From: Eledone cirrhosa
Taxonomy: Eukaryota
Length of the DNA stretch: 64,000 nt
Assembly: GCA_964016885.1 (NCBI GenBank)
Contig: OZ024740.1
Location: 283,278,001 to 283,342,000, forward strand
Direction of reading: 5' to 3'
This document shows positions 1 through 15,571 of this stretch, in pieces. The translations under genes were made by a program, and so were the position numbers. The stretch's first letter is position 1. Every line of letters begins with the position of its first letter. The notes beneath the pieces are model-generated. The model ran no database searches and had not been told where the DNA came from. It worked only from the letters and a program-made list of their open reading frames with translations.

Positions 1-312
1 ATTTTGAAACTTTTTCATTATTTGCTAAACCTTGATTAAATACATATATATATATATATATATATATTTAGAGAGAGAGAGGGAGAGAGAAAGAGAGAGA
101 GAAAGAGAGGGATAGAGAGAGAGAGAGAGAGAAAAAGGGAGAGAGAATAGGAGAGAGGTATAGATGGATATGTGTATGTATATACATGTATGCATTTATA
201 AACTTGTATACATATATATATATATATGTGTGTGTGTGTTTGTGTATTCGTTACTGGTAATTACTGGGTATACACGTTCGATACATACATAAACACACAC
301 ACACACATACGC

Positions 313-409
<97 letters not shown>

Positions 410-518
410 TAACAAATGTAAACTATATTTATAAAACCATATTTATTTCATTATACATATTTCAAGGGCCACCAGAGCAAACTATATACTTGTATACACA
501 CACACATATATATATATA

Positions 519-601
<83 letters not shown>

Positions 602-707
602 CCATTTGTTAATATATTGTATATTTACTCCAATAATTTGTTGAGTGCTTTATATCAGTTATAAAAATATTTTGCTTGTTGTATCCCAACAAATTAAATA
701 TAACCTC

Positions 708-768
<61 letters not shown>

Positions 769-1212
769 GTATACTTATTACAACATACACATATTCCCTC
801 ATTTCCTAATACATACATGCTTATCTATTGAAACAAAAGCTCCTTTGTCGATCCCAAATCCCGACATTAATCGATATTCACAGCCATAAATCTGTGATCC
901 CTTATTCACCATAATCACCATTCTAACCTTTTTATATTTCCCTTTTTCTCTGCCTTTCCCTTATTTTCACTCGACCAACTTGGAATCAAGCTGTGTGGCA
1001 AGAAACCAATAATAGCTGACGTTCAATGTCGCTGTAACACCGCCACGCTTCCTGCTGCTTCTACCTCCATTGTTTAGCCCTTTTCTTTCCCTAGGAATCA
1101 ATGCAGAATCCCTGGCAATTATTGATAGTTGTTAAGGATTGTTGAGGTTTACAGCCAACTGGTGTTTAAGGAATTGTTGCTTGCTTCGACTACGTTAAAT
1201 ATATTCTTGCCT

Positions 1213-2187
1213 ACATACATACAGAGATACATACACACATACATACACACATGCATACATGCATACATGCATACATACAGAGATACACACACACACATGC
1301 ATACATACATGCACACATACATACATGCATACATGCATACATGCATACACACATACATACATACATACATACATACACGCATGCATACATATCTGCATAC
1401 ATACATACATACATGCATACATACATATATATATACATACATACAGAGATACATAGACACATGCATACATACATACATGCATACATGCATACATGCATAC
1501 ATACATATATATATACATACAGAGATACATACACACATGCATACATACATACATGCATACATACATATATACATACATACAGAGATACATTCACACATGC
1601 ATACATACATACAGAGATAAATACATACATACATGCATACATACAGCATACATACATATATATACATTCATACAGAGATACATACATACATACATACAGC
1701 GATACATACACACATTCATACATACACACATATATATACATGCATACATACATACATACATACATACATACATACATACATACATACATACATGCATACA
1801 GAGATACATACATACATACATACATACATACAGGGATACAAACACGCATTCATAAATACATACACACATACATAGACATACATATATACATGCATACATA
1901 CACATACATTCACATGCTACTTACACGTATGCGTAGATACTTACACGCATACATACACACATATATATACATATATATACATGCATACGCACATACATAT
2001 ATATAAACATTGATACATGCATACATTCATGCATACATGCATACACACATATGCGTGTGGGTATATATATGTATGTATGTGTGTATATATGTATGCATAT
2101 ATATGTGATTTCAATCATACGCGTATACATATTTAAAGCACATATACATATATGTGAATGTATATGCATGTATATATAGATATATAA

Positions 2188-2231
<44 letters not shown>

Positions 2232-2233
2232 GC

Positions 2234-2285
<52 letters not shown>

Positions 2286-2352
2286 GCATATATACATACA
2301 CACATATATATATATATATATGTATATGTATATGTATATGTATATATGCATG

Positions 2353-2387
<35 letters not shown>

Positions 2388-2390
2388 GCT

Positions 2391-2435
<45 letters not shown>

Positions 2436-2444
2436 ATATGCTTG

Positions 2445-2475
<31 letters not shown>

Positions 2476-2519
2476 GCATCATTTTACCCTATAATATATA
2501 TAAGTGTGTGTGTGTGTGT

Positions 2520-2605
<86 letters not shown>

Positions 2606-2630
2606 ATGTGTGCGTGTGTGGTGGTGTCTG
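1213..2630. repeat. Compound microsatellite field: degenerate (TACA)n, (TA)n, (TG)n
   Basis: Direct inspection; source of many spurious ORFs. Confidence 0.95.
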
Positions 2631-2850
2631 TGTGTACATGTGTGCCAGTATGTTTGTGATTGTGTGTGTGTGTTTTTACATAGAATTCTTCACATCTAAA
2701 CGTGCTGAATATGTGCTTGTGTGCGTGAGCGAGAGAAAGAAAGAGAAATTGATCTAAGTATCATACCGAAAATGTAAATGTTAATGATTAGGTTTGTGTG
2801 CGAACGTGTGAAATAGTATTTATGAATGCGTGTCTGTGTGTGTGTGTGAG

Positions 2851-2884
<34 letters not shown>

Positions 2885-3790
2885 ATGTGTGTTTGTGTGT
2901 CTGTGGGCATCCGTGCACGTTTTTATATGTATATATGTAGGTGTGTGCTGATTTAGAAATGCTTTCTTTTGTGAATGCCTGTTTATTGAATATAGCAGTT
3001 GGCAATGTTGCTATATAACGGAAGAATCACACCTCTTTTATTTGATCAATCTATCTAAGAACATCCCTGTAGGATACATATCAACTCTAGGATGCTTCTT
3101 TTTGAACAGCAATACAACATATTTCCCTAATACAAACCATCGAAATTAATGATATACTGTATATCAACATACAATTTTCTGTAAATAATAGTCAATATAC
3201 GTGATTTCTGAATTGGAAATGTTTTCATTTGAATATACAGACACGTGTATTTGTATGGGTTTGTATTTGAATACTCACACGTGTAGTTTGGAATTGAGGT
3301 TTGAATAACCAAATATGTAGCTATTAGGCTTCTGCTTTGAATATCTAAACGTATATAACTGTCAGAGTTTGAGTTTGAATCTCCAAATATATATTATGAG
3401 CGTAGCCTGGGTTTCAAAATAATAGGAGGGTTGTAATAAGCAGGGGTGGAACGGAAAAACTGTAATTTTTCTAGGTTTTCTCCCTTCAGTTTTTTTTAAA
3501 ACCAGAATTAGTCGGCTATTTTACATATTGAGACCCCAACCCATCCTATTTATTTTATAACGAACTAGATTTCTTGTAAAGTTATCTTTTTGTCATGCAT
3601 AATGTTTTTTAATGTCTAAAGAAAATTAATTATTACAGGAATACTATCACTTTAAATAAAATTTCGCCACAGATAGATTAGCAAAAGTTAATAAGCGTGG
3701 GGAGGGTATGGGCATTATTCGGCACCCGAGAGTTGATGTAAATTTTTAAGCGAAAATATCGAAACGTGTAGATGTCTTTGGGTTTTACTA

Positions 3791-4608
<818 letters not shown>

Positions 4609-4812
4609 ATATTTGTAGTTATTAGGGTTTGGATTTTAATATTGAAAAATGTGTAGTTGTTAGTGCTTGCGTTTTAATATTTAACCGTATGAGTGTCATG
4701 CATTAAAAAAATTAGTAGTGTTGCGTAAATGCCATTACAGTGGTTCTGGCTCTTTACATTCTGAGTTAAAATATTATCTTTCATTTTTCTATAATATAGT
4801 ACCAGTCGAGTA

Positions 4813-5174
4813 CAGTGATACCTCGCAGTACGACTTTTATTCGTTCCATGGCCAAGCTCGTTTTACGATTTACTCGTTTTACAAATCAATTTTCCACATT
4901 GAAATTAATTAAAATATGAATTCCAGCCACCCCCAAACCACCAAAATTCATTTTTTTTTAAATAGAAATGGTGCAATTACAAGGAACATGTTATTTATAA
5001 AAATATGATAAAAGAGAATGCAAAAGAAATATGTAAACTGGTTTTATTAATTGTATGAAAATCGCTCGTACTGCGGATTCCCAATGGTACTACAAGAAAG
5101 AAAATTCGCATGAGCCTCGGCTCGTACAGCAAATTATTCGTACAATGAGGCACTCGTACTGCGAGGTTATACTG
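4813..5174. mobile_element. Tigger/pogo-like (Tc1/mariner) MITE
   Basis: TIRs CAGTGATACCTCGCAGTACGA / TCGTACTGCGAGGTTATACTG; TA on both sides; inserted in an old SINE remnant. Confidence 0.85.
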
Positions 5175-8100
5175 TACTGCTATTGATATAATCGACTTTA
5201 CCCTTACCCAAACTTGTGCCTAAGTTATAAATTAATATTTATACATATGTATTTGAGAGGATGTAGGGGTTGAACATAATAACATGTGTAGTTGTGTGGT
5301 TTTGTGTTTGAATATTCAGACGTGTAGTTGTTAGGTTTTGGATATCTGGACATGTAAACATGAGTATTTACGAGTGTTTGTACTAATAAGATTTAAGATC
5401 TGAATATATAAACATATCTAGATGTTACCCTTTGTGTGAGAATATCGAAATGGGGGGGATAGTTGTTAAATATATGATCTCCGTACCGAGACTTACGTAA
5501 TCGTTAGTTTTTGCAGAACGACAACATATTTATAAGGTATATTAATGACTTTAAATATAGGTGAGTGTAGGGAAGTAAAGTACGATATTAGTTCTCCATT
5601 GAAGCGAGTCTGTGGCTTAAACTATTTTTTTCTTTCACTTCTATATGACGCAATTAATGATTTTTCAGTGTACGAAGAAAGTTTACATGTACATAAAAGT
5701 CAACATGTTGTACACCTATATTCGTAAGCCTTATATGAAATATATACATTTATAATGCGTGTTTTAGTGGTAAATGTAACATGTATATATTTGTGTGTGT
5801 ACGTCTGTGTGTGTGCCGTGTATGTAATATGTATATATTTGTGTGTGTTCGTCTGTGTGTATGTCTGTGTATGTATTGCCTTTAAGGAAGATATGAACAT
5901 TACAGCATTTCTATTTCCGTACCTCTCAGATCAATATATATATTAACCCATGGATTTTTAAGGAAAAGGAAAGATTCCCTTTCGGTTACGACTGGATGTT
6001 GGTTTGCATCTCTGAGACACAAGCCTGGGTGGTGTGGGATTTTTGGAAGACCAACTTTCATCCATTTATGCCAGTCTCCCCTCTCCGCGACACCAATATT
6101 TTCCATGTGAAAGGCAAATGCCGAATGAGCTTTGCATCAGTAATATTGCAAGCAACTTTAGTTTAGCTGAGCCCCTCTCTCTAGGTACTTAGCTAATGTC
6201 TTCATTCCATTGATTGATACATCTGATAACTAATGGTGTTTCAATCAACACAAGTTATAGGTGATTAGCTAATTATTTAATAATGTAGACGTAAGCAAAT
6301 ACACTTGGGCCAAGCGATAGTCTCTTATAGGGACATCTGTTTTCCATTCTTTCTTGAAGCTAATTGTCTCAGTAAAATAATTAAAATCCTTAATAGAGAC
6401 AGTAACCTAACAAATGCCACACTCTTCTCTCCAAAAACACATGTGAAGTAGGTGCCTTTGTTCCTATGAATTAGCAGAGTCATTAGAACGTCGGATGGAA
6501 TACCTTGCAGCACAAAAATCGGAAATCCAGTAGTTTGAAGATTAATGGCTATATACAATGTAAATTGTCATGATTCAGCATTGATTTTAACTGAGAAGAG
6601 ACATTTATATAACAGTTATAACAGTTGCAAATTAATCTCCAATTTACAACCAATGCGCTTATGTTTATGTGTTTTAGAGTCTATGTGCACGTGTCTTCGT
6701 CCGTCGTATCTGTAAACTTGAATGTTACTAGATTGCTCGTCCTAATTCCGAGTTTTTTTTTTTCTCGTGAATAAAAATATTTTGTTGTTGCTATGACACT
6801 GAGATTTGAATTTATATAAGGAAAGGAAGTTTTAGAACTGTCACAAAATCGGTAGCCCCAATGATGTGGGTCTGGGCGGAGTGTTGGAGTATTTCCCTTG
6901 TCTACTTCCCAAGTAGGCCGGAAGTCTCCCCTGCTACAGTTTAGACGACAAAACTATCGGAGGGCAACCGATGTTTCGACAGCTTACGATCTTTGGCTTG
7001 ACGGGCAGCGTTGCCTAGGTTACTTGCTGAATGGACCAAATTGCCTTTGGAGAATATTTCAATGCATGTAACATCCCAGATGATGAACTTTCCACCGCGA
7101 AATGCGAAGATCGTAATGTCATCTGAATTATGTATGGAAATTGGTATCATGAATTAGTTCTATCTCGCTAAATTACACCACTTCTCATCCAGTAATTATC
7201 TCGTTAGTTCTGAACTAAATAATGTTTGAGATTACATGGCTACCTTCTCTCCGTTTCCAGAAACCTTGTCTTTGTCTAAACGTTAAATTTAGTCTTATTA
7301 TGTGAATAACAATCTTATAGCCTTTTCAGACATTAAACAGACATATAGAGAGTTTATTTAGACGATAATCTATTTAATGTATTCTAGAAATACAATGTAG
7401 CTCACCTGTTACCCTTTCTTCATAATTCCAACTAGTCTACTTAATAGCTGTAGATCCGAGAATCGTTTAGATTGTTCATCAGAATACTTACACTATCAAA
7501 AAACATGAAATTTACTTGTCAGTTATTTCGTGTTGTCAAGATTTTTGTCGCCCCCTTTGTAATATTTTTTCTGACACAATTCTACACCATTTTGGTGTGT
7601 TTGTGAATAATTACTTCGTTTGTCAATTATGATACAACGTTAAAACAACGTCGTATCAACGAAGTTGAAATTGCTCTGCAAAACTATTTATAGCATATTA
7701 ACTACCACTGATTATATAGACAGATATAAATATCTTGCTTTTATATACAATATATTTATGGAAAGAAAAAGAGCAATCTTTCGTATTTATTTCTATCTTG
7801 TTAAGATTTCCTCGGGAACTGTATATCCTCTTAACTTCTTGCACAGTTTAAGGAGTTACTCGGTCACTGAAAAAATACAAACACATGATTGAACTGCGTC
7901 TACGAAAATATTGTATTGAGTACAAAGTTTTTATATTTGTCTATATAAACAGTGCTGGTTACAACCTATATATATATATATATATATGGTTTGGTGCAGT
8001 ACAGCATTAAATCAACCGTTGTTGATATACCAATAATTTATTAATCGTTAATTTTAATTTCTTCACTAATTTCTTCATTAATTTCCACTTATTTATACAT

Positions 8101-8711
8101 CTTACTATTGGGCGATTGTCATGTTGAAATCATAACGATACATCCAGGAGTAGCTAGTAGTGTAGCTAGTGTTTTATTCCAGTTTTCATCGTTTCAAGCC
8201 CTTGATGATTTTTCTCTTTTTTTATTCACTTGTGCTTTATACATCACTCACCCACCTTCCCCACCCCCACACACTCCCTTCATATGTTTACATTGTGATA
8301 ACAATCATGTCTTTAAGAAACCGTAATGAAGAAGGTATACTGTTTCTGGCAAAATAAATCTCTTCTTTGAATTTAGTAATAGCATAATAGCATTTACCAA
8401 CTTCACAGAGAAGCAGGAATTTGCCAGAAGTGAATATTAAAAGGTTAGTGTTGACTTCAAAATGATTTGAGATAGTATTACATCACTGCAATATATTAAG
8501 AATCGTTGACATTTTCTGCAGTAATTTCTCTGCAGTATAAGAAATGCATGTATTTTAAATTCGAGTGTGATGTCATAATTTTTGCATATTGTTGGTTTTC
8601 AATTCTTATCGCTTGCATCATCATTGACAATTACGTAATAAGCACAGCAATGTTTTCTTTTACGTCATTCGGAAATTGAATTTTGTTTTAGGATTAAGTA
8701 TGCATACAATT

Positions 8712-8830
8712 CTTTCAAATATTTCTGTTACTATATGCTACGATAAAATTACTTCAAATATTTTTATCTTACAACATGCTGTCATAAAAATAAACTTCAA
8801 ATATTTCCATGTTACACTATGTTATCATAA
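8712..8830. repeat. Diverged minisatellite, about 41-bp unit, 3 copies
   Basis: Recurrent TTCAAATATTT..TTAC..ATG.T..ATAA. Confidence 0.6.
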
Positions 8831-10129
8831 GCGGTAAAACATCTTTTCATTGTATATAGAATATTGTATCGATGTTAAATGTATTGAATTTTATAAGAGT
8901 TGTGTTTACCGAATATATAACTAGGAAGAAGGGAGTGGTAGTTGTACTCCTGGATAGATTGACGTGATTGATATCACATTTGCAGGGCTGTGAGAGTTAA
9001 TTTCGCATTGCAATTATATAGGTTCTGCGTTCGATTCCTCTGTCCCATTTAATCTGTTCAATGCAAATCATATGAGTGAAACTGGGTATACAAAAAATGT
9101 ATGAAAGCCCATTAGATGATTTCCAAAGGTCAGTCTTATGAAAAATTGTGTCATCCGGATTCTACCGGATGATTATATTGTGGCTTCTCGTGACTGTTGA
9201 TTACTCAACTACAAATACGCTAATTTAACGAGCAGGACGTTTAATTGATCGACACATTTAATGTTCATCGACGAAACCGATAGTGAATCCACTTGGAGAG
9301 AGGCCTATGCGGTTGAAATATGTAGAGGTGATATGCATCTAGTTATGTCAGAGGCTGAATACGTTTCGTAACTGCAGTAGAGAAGACAATATAAGGAGAC
9401 CGTACATTGGTAAGCTAGAGGTTTCGGTATTTTGGTTAATGAGACGTTGCCAATGAGCTGGATATGTTTTAGTTTATGCTGTCTCTTATTTAGAATGTAG
9501 TTTAAGTGTTGACTGTTATTTAGGAGCAGTATTTCATGTCTTATTTAAACATTTAGAAGGTTAGATTCTATTTTTTTACTCTGAAGGTCAGTCTTTGAGA
9601 TATTGTATTTGTTATATTATCAATATGAGATTTACTTTGAGAGCGCATCAATGGTTGTGAGCTTTTAACATATTTACAGTAGGAGTGCGGTCACTTCAAT
9701 CTCTCCAAAATACATGTCTTGGTAGGTGGAAGGATTACCAGCTGTTGTCCAGGAACTTGGTTTGCACTCTCAGCAAGTGTGTAGTCCAATCAAAGTCTTA
9801 ATAACAACACAAGTTGACGCAATCTTACTACTGTGGGTCCCACTCTAAGTATTACTAGTGTCTTCTAAAAAAGAGTAACGTCAAAATTTGATCCCAATTC
9901 TAACATGGGGTTCCCACTCAGAGTAGTACTGGTGTGTTCAAATAGAAGGGTGTGTAACAACACAATTTCACTCCTGTGTTATATGTGTTGTTAGAAAGAT
10001 GCTGGTAACAGAACCAGATTGCCATATGGATGGTTAGAGTAACAATACTTTTCATAGACACAGTGAGACTAGTTTTGTCGTTTGGTCCTAGGAGCGTTGA
10101 ATAATCTCAGACTAGTTAAAGAGCTCACA

Positions 10130-11225
10130 TGTGTTAAGACCACAGGTGAATATAAAATCCGGTCCGAGATATTAAAAGCCTTAAATAGAGAAGGTATTCT
10201 CTGGCTGATGTGTGTGTGTGTCGGGTGGCTTCGATCTCTGGAAAGACACCTAAGCAATGGCAATCGGGAGTGATAATCCCAACTTTCAAAAGGAGAGACG
10301 AGTATTTGTGTTCGGATAAATGGTGTTAAATCAAAACCATTCAATGTGGGTGTCGGCCTCTGCCAAGGGCGCGTACCATCACCTCACTTGTTTACTATTT
10401 ACATGAACAGGATTGGCATGCGCAGCAGGTTTGAAAGTGGTGTCAAGACTGGCGGGTGTAAAGTCAGTCGGCTGGAATTTACAGACGACATTGTGTTACT
10501 TAACTCGAGAGAAGGTGATAACTGACTTGCATTCGATAAGTTTGATGCCGAGTGCTACATGGCTGTAATGAAAATATGTGCTGCAAAAACTGAGAAACTC
10601 GTCCTCTCAAGGAAGCCTGCACAGTGCTCTTTACATGTGAATGCAGTTCCACTCATGCAGGAAGAGAGGTTCAAGCATCAGCGTGGGAGGGCTGTTCAGG
10701 AATGACTAAATGCAAGAGGCTGAATTGACCGAAAGAATTGCAGGTGCTGGTGTAGTAATGCGCTAACTACAGCATTCAGTAATCAGGAAAAGGGAGGTAG
10801 GTGTAAAAACCAAACTCGCTATCTTCAATACGGTATTCGTACCAGCTCTTAAGTGTGGTCATGAGTATTGGGGAATTACCGAAGGAATACGATCACGAAT
10901 ACAAGCGGCCAATATGGCGTTTCTCAGAAGGATCTTTGGAGTAACCTTTCTTGATAGAGTGCGTAGCTCGGATATCAGAGAGTCAATCCAAGTAGAGGCG
11001 CTACTTCTCCAAATTGAGAGAACCCAGCTCCGGTACTATGAGCATGTGGTTAGAATGTCTCAGCAAAGAATTGCTGGAGAGATTTTTACAGGCTAAACCT
11101 ACCCATGGGTAGACCCCGAGCAACGGTCACGCTCGGGGATCCAGCCGGATCAGTTAGAGACGGTTGCTTCTGACAGGAACCGCTGCAAGGAGTGTCTAAG
11201 AACTCTACCCCCACAACCCTCTCAG
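10130..11225 (+). mobile_element. Decayed, internally deleted RTE-clade (Expander/Rex3-like) LINE with (GAA)n tail
   Basis: Remnants IRSEILKALNREGILWL, WQSGVIIPTFK, CVRINGVKSKPFNVGVGLCQG..SPHLFTIYM, FTDDIVLL, FLRRIFGVTFLDRVRSSDIRE..LLLQIERTQLRYY.HV.RM; followed by (GAA)n then (CAA)n. Confidence 0.85.
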
Positions 11226-11310
11226 GAAGAAGAAGAAGAAGAAGAAGAAGAAGAAGAAGAAGAAGAAGAAGAAGAAGAAGAAGAAGAAGAAGAAGAAGAA
11301 GAAGAAGAAG

Positions 11311-11348
<38 letters not shown>
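11226..11348. repeat. (GAA)n followed by (CAA)n
   Basis: Pure triplet tracts at the RTE 3' end. Confidence 0.95.
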
Positions 11349-11442
11349 GGCTCTGGGTCAGTGCCACTAGAGATGGGATCATCAGGAGGGAGAAGACATC
11401 TACGAGGCATTTATTTTCAACTTTACATCCACTAAATACATA

Positions 11443-11556
11443 ATTGTTTCTACTTTTGGCACAAGGCCAGCAATTATCTCACCACATTACTGGTACTTTA
11501 TTTTATTGACCCCGTAAGGATGAAAGGCAAAGTTAACCTCGGCGGGATTGGAACTA
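11443..11556 (-). mobile_element. 3' half of SINE
   Basis: Reverse complement of B box, core and tail. Other fragments at 16385-16480, 18155-18300, 37080-37230 and 53521-53578. Confidence 0.8.
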
Positions 11557-12623
11557 AATACATAATGCATAAAAAAAACGTTACAATAAAAAATAATTGT
11601 GATAACGACTTTGATGATTGATGATAAGGACAATTATGAAAGTCTTTCCAAAAACTGCCCGTGTCATTTATCCTACTACCATTTGTTTGTACGTTTTTAC
11701 TTCAGAAATATCTATCTCTATCTTCTAATGTTGGTCTCTATCAGTATCAAAATGAGTTTTGCTGCTCTTGTTTCTGGGAAATTTATCTCCTCCCTAGTGT
11801 TTAAATAAATATTGATACATTTCTTAAATTGCTGAGTACGGGTCGCCATGACACTCAAGTCAATCCGAAGTTACTAAGCTCGAAAATCTGTGTTAGATAT
11901 TCACCAATCCAAACATATGATATGGCTAGTAGAATTGTTTTACTGCAGTCTGACCTGGGATATTCCACTAAAGACCATAAAATACATACTATTACACAAT
12001 GCTAGTCAGTTTTTAATTGGCATTATACTTACACATAATCATCATAACTAGCAGAAATAATCTCCGATTTATACTCCCATATGTTTATGAGTATGTGTGT
12101 ATACACGTATTCTCTCACCTCTTGAAACCGTAAAGAAGCATCAGAAAATAGAAATTTTATACGATTTTCATGCTTTGATTCAACAAAATGTAATTGTTTT
12201 TTCACATCAAAATAATTGATCTAGGATTTAACGGGGTCACATGCTAATTATATTCCGGATCAAATTCCATTATAAACACTTTCTTCGATTTATTGAAAAT
12301 TAAAATAACATAAAATGAATATTATTATCAAAACTTCAGTTGAAACTGGGTATTTTTCTCAACATCAGTTTATAAAAACTACTTGCGTAGTTAATAAAAC
12401 TTCCCTTTAACTACCAAACTGTAATAGTTAATAAAACTTCTCATTTATAGATTATACTGTAATATATTCTCAGTAGTATAAACATTCTTATTTTTACGTT
12501 TTACGTATTCTACATTGATGTGCATTATGTGTTTTAAACTCTATTTAAACGTAATTACCGGTGATGCAACACTTCGATGCTGACTTTTTACGAGTTTTTA
12601 CAACACGCATACACACACACACT

Positions 12624-12688
<65 letters not shown>

Positions 12689-12844
12689 ATTCGCTTTATT
12701 ATTTCTGTTCCATTGTTTACTATAACTGGTCGCTCTCTCGGTAGCTAGGTTTTAAAGAGAAGATGATTAAGAAGACAAAAAAAATATATATATTAAAGCA
12801 AAATTTAGGTCTTGTAATACACAACATTATTTGTACAAGTACTG

Positions 12845-13030
12845 GTGGATTGGCAGTATCAGTTGAGGGTGGGGACGCCATGTTTTCCAGCATAGTTACG
12901 TCCCTTTACGATCTGAGTTCAAATCCCGCCGAGGTTGACTTTGTCTTTCATCCTTACGGGGTCGATAAAATAAAGTACCAGTAATGCACTGGGTAATTGC
13001 TGGCCTTGTGCCTAACGTAGAAACAATTAT
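12845..13030 (+). mobile_element. tRNA-derived SINE (dominant family)
   Basis: A box TGGCAGTATC.G, B box GAGTTCAAATCCC, core TTTCATCCTTACGGGGTCGATAAAATAAAGTACCAG, tail CCTTGTGCCTAA..AGAAACAATTAT; TSD ATTATTTGTACAAG. Confidence 0.9.
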
Positions 13031-13494
13031 TTGTACAAGCATTCACCCGATAAAATTCTAAGCTCTTTCAGATATTTATCGTCTGAGCTCTGGTATTCAA
13101 ACTATAGAACAATATCTGACCGGCTGCTCTATATATTTGTAGGTTCTACAAATATTCTATTAATATATGTATCAGTAATTTTTTTCTCAATATGAGGATG
13201 TGTCTCACTAAATTTGTTTTTCACGTTACATGTTTGACTTTGTGTGTTGCACCTTTTAGGTTCTCATTTTATTCCAGATTGTTTTTGTTACTATACAGAT
13301 TCCCAAAGGGAAGTAGAATCTTGATGATGTGTCTGGATGTGTATGTGTGTGTGTGTCTATCTGGTTGTGTATATATGTATGTGTGTATGTGTGTGTGTGT
13401 GTATAGGGTTGTGTATCTGTGTATGTGTGTATATGTGTGTGTGTGTATCTGTATATATGTGTCTGTATCTGTGTATGTGTGTGTATGTGTGTGT

Positions 13495-13862
13495 GACGGC
13501 CCTTGCCATTCTGTGTTCAAATCCCGCCGAGGTTAACTTTGCCTTTCATCCTTACGGGGTCGATAAAATAAAGTACCAGTAATGCACTGGGTAATTGCTG
13601 ACCTTGTGCCAAAAGTAGAAACAATTATTATCAGTTAAAACAGGGCGATTGATAGGCCGTATCGGCAGAGTCGGACGCCATGCTTTGCAGCATGGAGTTA
13701 CGACCCTTTATGATCTGAGTTCAAATCCCGCCGAGGTTAACTTTTCCTTTCATCCTTACGGGGTTGATAAAATAAAGTACCAGTCAAGCACTGGGCTCGA
13801 TTTAATTGACTTCCCTCTCCCCCAAAATTGCTGGCCTTGTGCCTATATAAGAAACAATTATT
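13495..13862 (+). mobile_element. Two adjacent SINE copies (truncated short form + full long form)
   Basis: Same motifs; the second copy has TSD TTAT(C/T)AGTTAAAACA and the extra TCGATTTAATTGACTTCCCTCTCCCCC segment. Confidence 0.88.
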
Positions 13863-14340
13863 AGTTAAAACATTAGTAAGATGAATCTATAAATTGGTAC
13901 TGGATACTTTAATGAAAGTAGAAGGTAAATATTATTAATTACATGTAATCCCGATGGTCAAGCTTAAAAGGTTTCCACCGGACTTACAAGTAATGAAATA
14001 TATGAATATATATGGCTAAGTACACGCACAAAACTATTACATTATTTCATACAGACATTTCTTAAGAACATAAATGTGGCAGTGCAGTTAAGAAGTACGC
14101 TCCATAACCGCATGATTTTTACTTCGGTCACACCAGTATGTGTTTACGTCTACACCGTATAATAAGCGTTTTTCTTTGCTCATTTAATGTGACTTACCTC
14201 TTCGACAAATAGGAATTCGATGAAATAAGCCCTAAACATAAAATTAAGTACTGGGGTTAATATGATCTATTAATTTCGTAAAGATTATGCCCCTGCATTG
14301 GCTGAAGTCCAATAAAAAATTGTATATTCAATGTATTTCA

Positions 14341-14655
14341 GGCATTTGGCAGTATCGGTAGAGGGCCGGATGCCATGCTTTTCAGCATGGAGTTACGGCC
14401 CTTTATGGTCTGAGTTGAAATCCCGCCGAGGTTTTTTGCCTTTGATCCTTACAGGGTCGATAAAATAAAGCACCAGTAATGCACTGGGATAATTTGTGGC
14501 CATATGCTAAGATCAGAAACAATTATATAATAACATGATGATTTCTGTGGTGTTATAATCGTTTCCACTTTTGGCACAAGGCCAGCAATTACCCCAGTGC
14601 ATAACTGGTACTTTATTTTATCGACCCCCGTAAGGATGAAAGGCAAAGTTAACCT
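14341..14655. mobile_element. Tail-to-tail SINE pair (14341-14527 +, 14555-14655 -)
   Basis: Same family motifs on opposite strands. Confidence 0.85.
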
Positions 14656-14703
14656 GTTGTATTATAATACAAGACATTCACTTGATAAAACATTGAAGAA
14701 CCA

Positions 14704-14870
14704 AGTGGAGTCTTCCGGCATTCTTGGTCCCCGGACCACATCCCTGCGCACTGCTATCGGATCTGGTCTGGCTGCCCGCAGGTGTGAGTGCTATGAGGTG
14801 GAGTGACTCTACCAGTGTACCTCCCTCGCCAGGCTCCGAGGCAATCTCTTCTCCATTATGTCAGCCGGGA
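14704..14870 (+). mobile_element. 3' fragment of a CRE-like RLE non-LTR element
   Basis: VESSGILGPRTTSLRTAIGSGLAARR...E*LYQ.TSLA.LRGNLFSI resembles the conserved RLE C-terminus (VET.G..G....IG..L...QR.S.A..RGN..SI). Confidence 0.6.
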
Positions 14871-15343
14871 CCACGAGGCGAACGACGTATTAGGGAAGGA
14901 GTAGGGTGGCTGTCTTCAGAAGAAAGGGTTAATAATGCTTTTCCACACACACACGACTATATATAATTCAAGATTATTACGACTAGCTGCAGATAAATTT
15001 TCCAGGAATAGACATTTAATTAAAACTCTTTGATTTTTTTTATATATTCAAAACTATATTATTTATTACTAAACCAAAAGTAAACAAAAGAACCGTGTAT
15101 ACAATAAATACTGTTCCCACAATATTGGAAAATCTTCACGTTGGCGTTTCCGTGGGTTGCAGCTTTATTTTGCTTTCCCTTATTTCTATTTATTTCTCGT
15201 TGCTTGTGTTGTTGTTATTTGTGGTGGTGCTGCTAGCCTTCATTTGCTCCGACATTATCCTCATTGCCATATTGTCATCGGCGTCATCTATATACATAAA
15301 TATATATATACACACATACACACACAAATGCACACATACACGG

Positions 15344-15398
<55 letters not shown>

Positions 15399-15512
15399 TG
15401 TTCAATATATTACACTCTATTAATATATGGCGTACCTTACCCCTGATTGAACACACACACGCACACGCACACACACACACACACACACACACCAACCCAC
15501 ACACATACACCA

Positions 15513-15569
<57 letters not shown>

Positions 15570-15571
<2 letters not shown>

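Noticed and set aside
1060-1150. Possible small exon after TTTTCTTTCCCTAG
   Set aside because: Weak donor, no coding evidence.
226-2757. Many long ORFs ([12 protein letters not shown] repeats) here and across the window
   Set aside because: Translations of (TA)n, (TACA)n and (TG)n, which lack stop codons; no coding signal.
3400-3735. Possible MITE with TTATTCGGCACCCGAGAGT right end
   Set aside because: Left terminal repeat too decayed to confirm.
11086-11443. Poly-R/T, poly-L/V and poly-S/C ORFs
   Set aside because: (GAA)n(CAA)n tail of a dead RTE.
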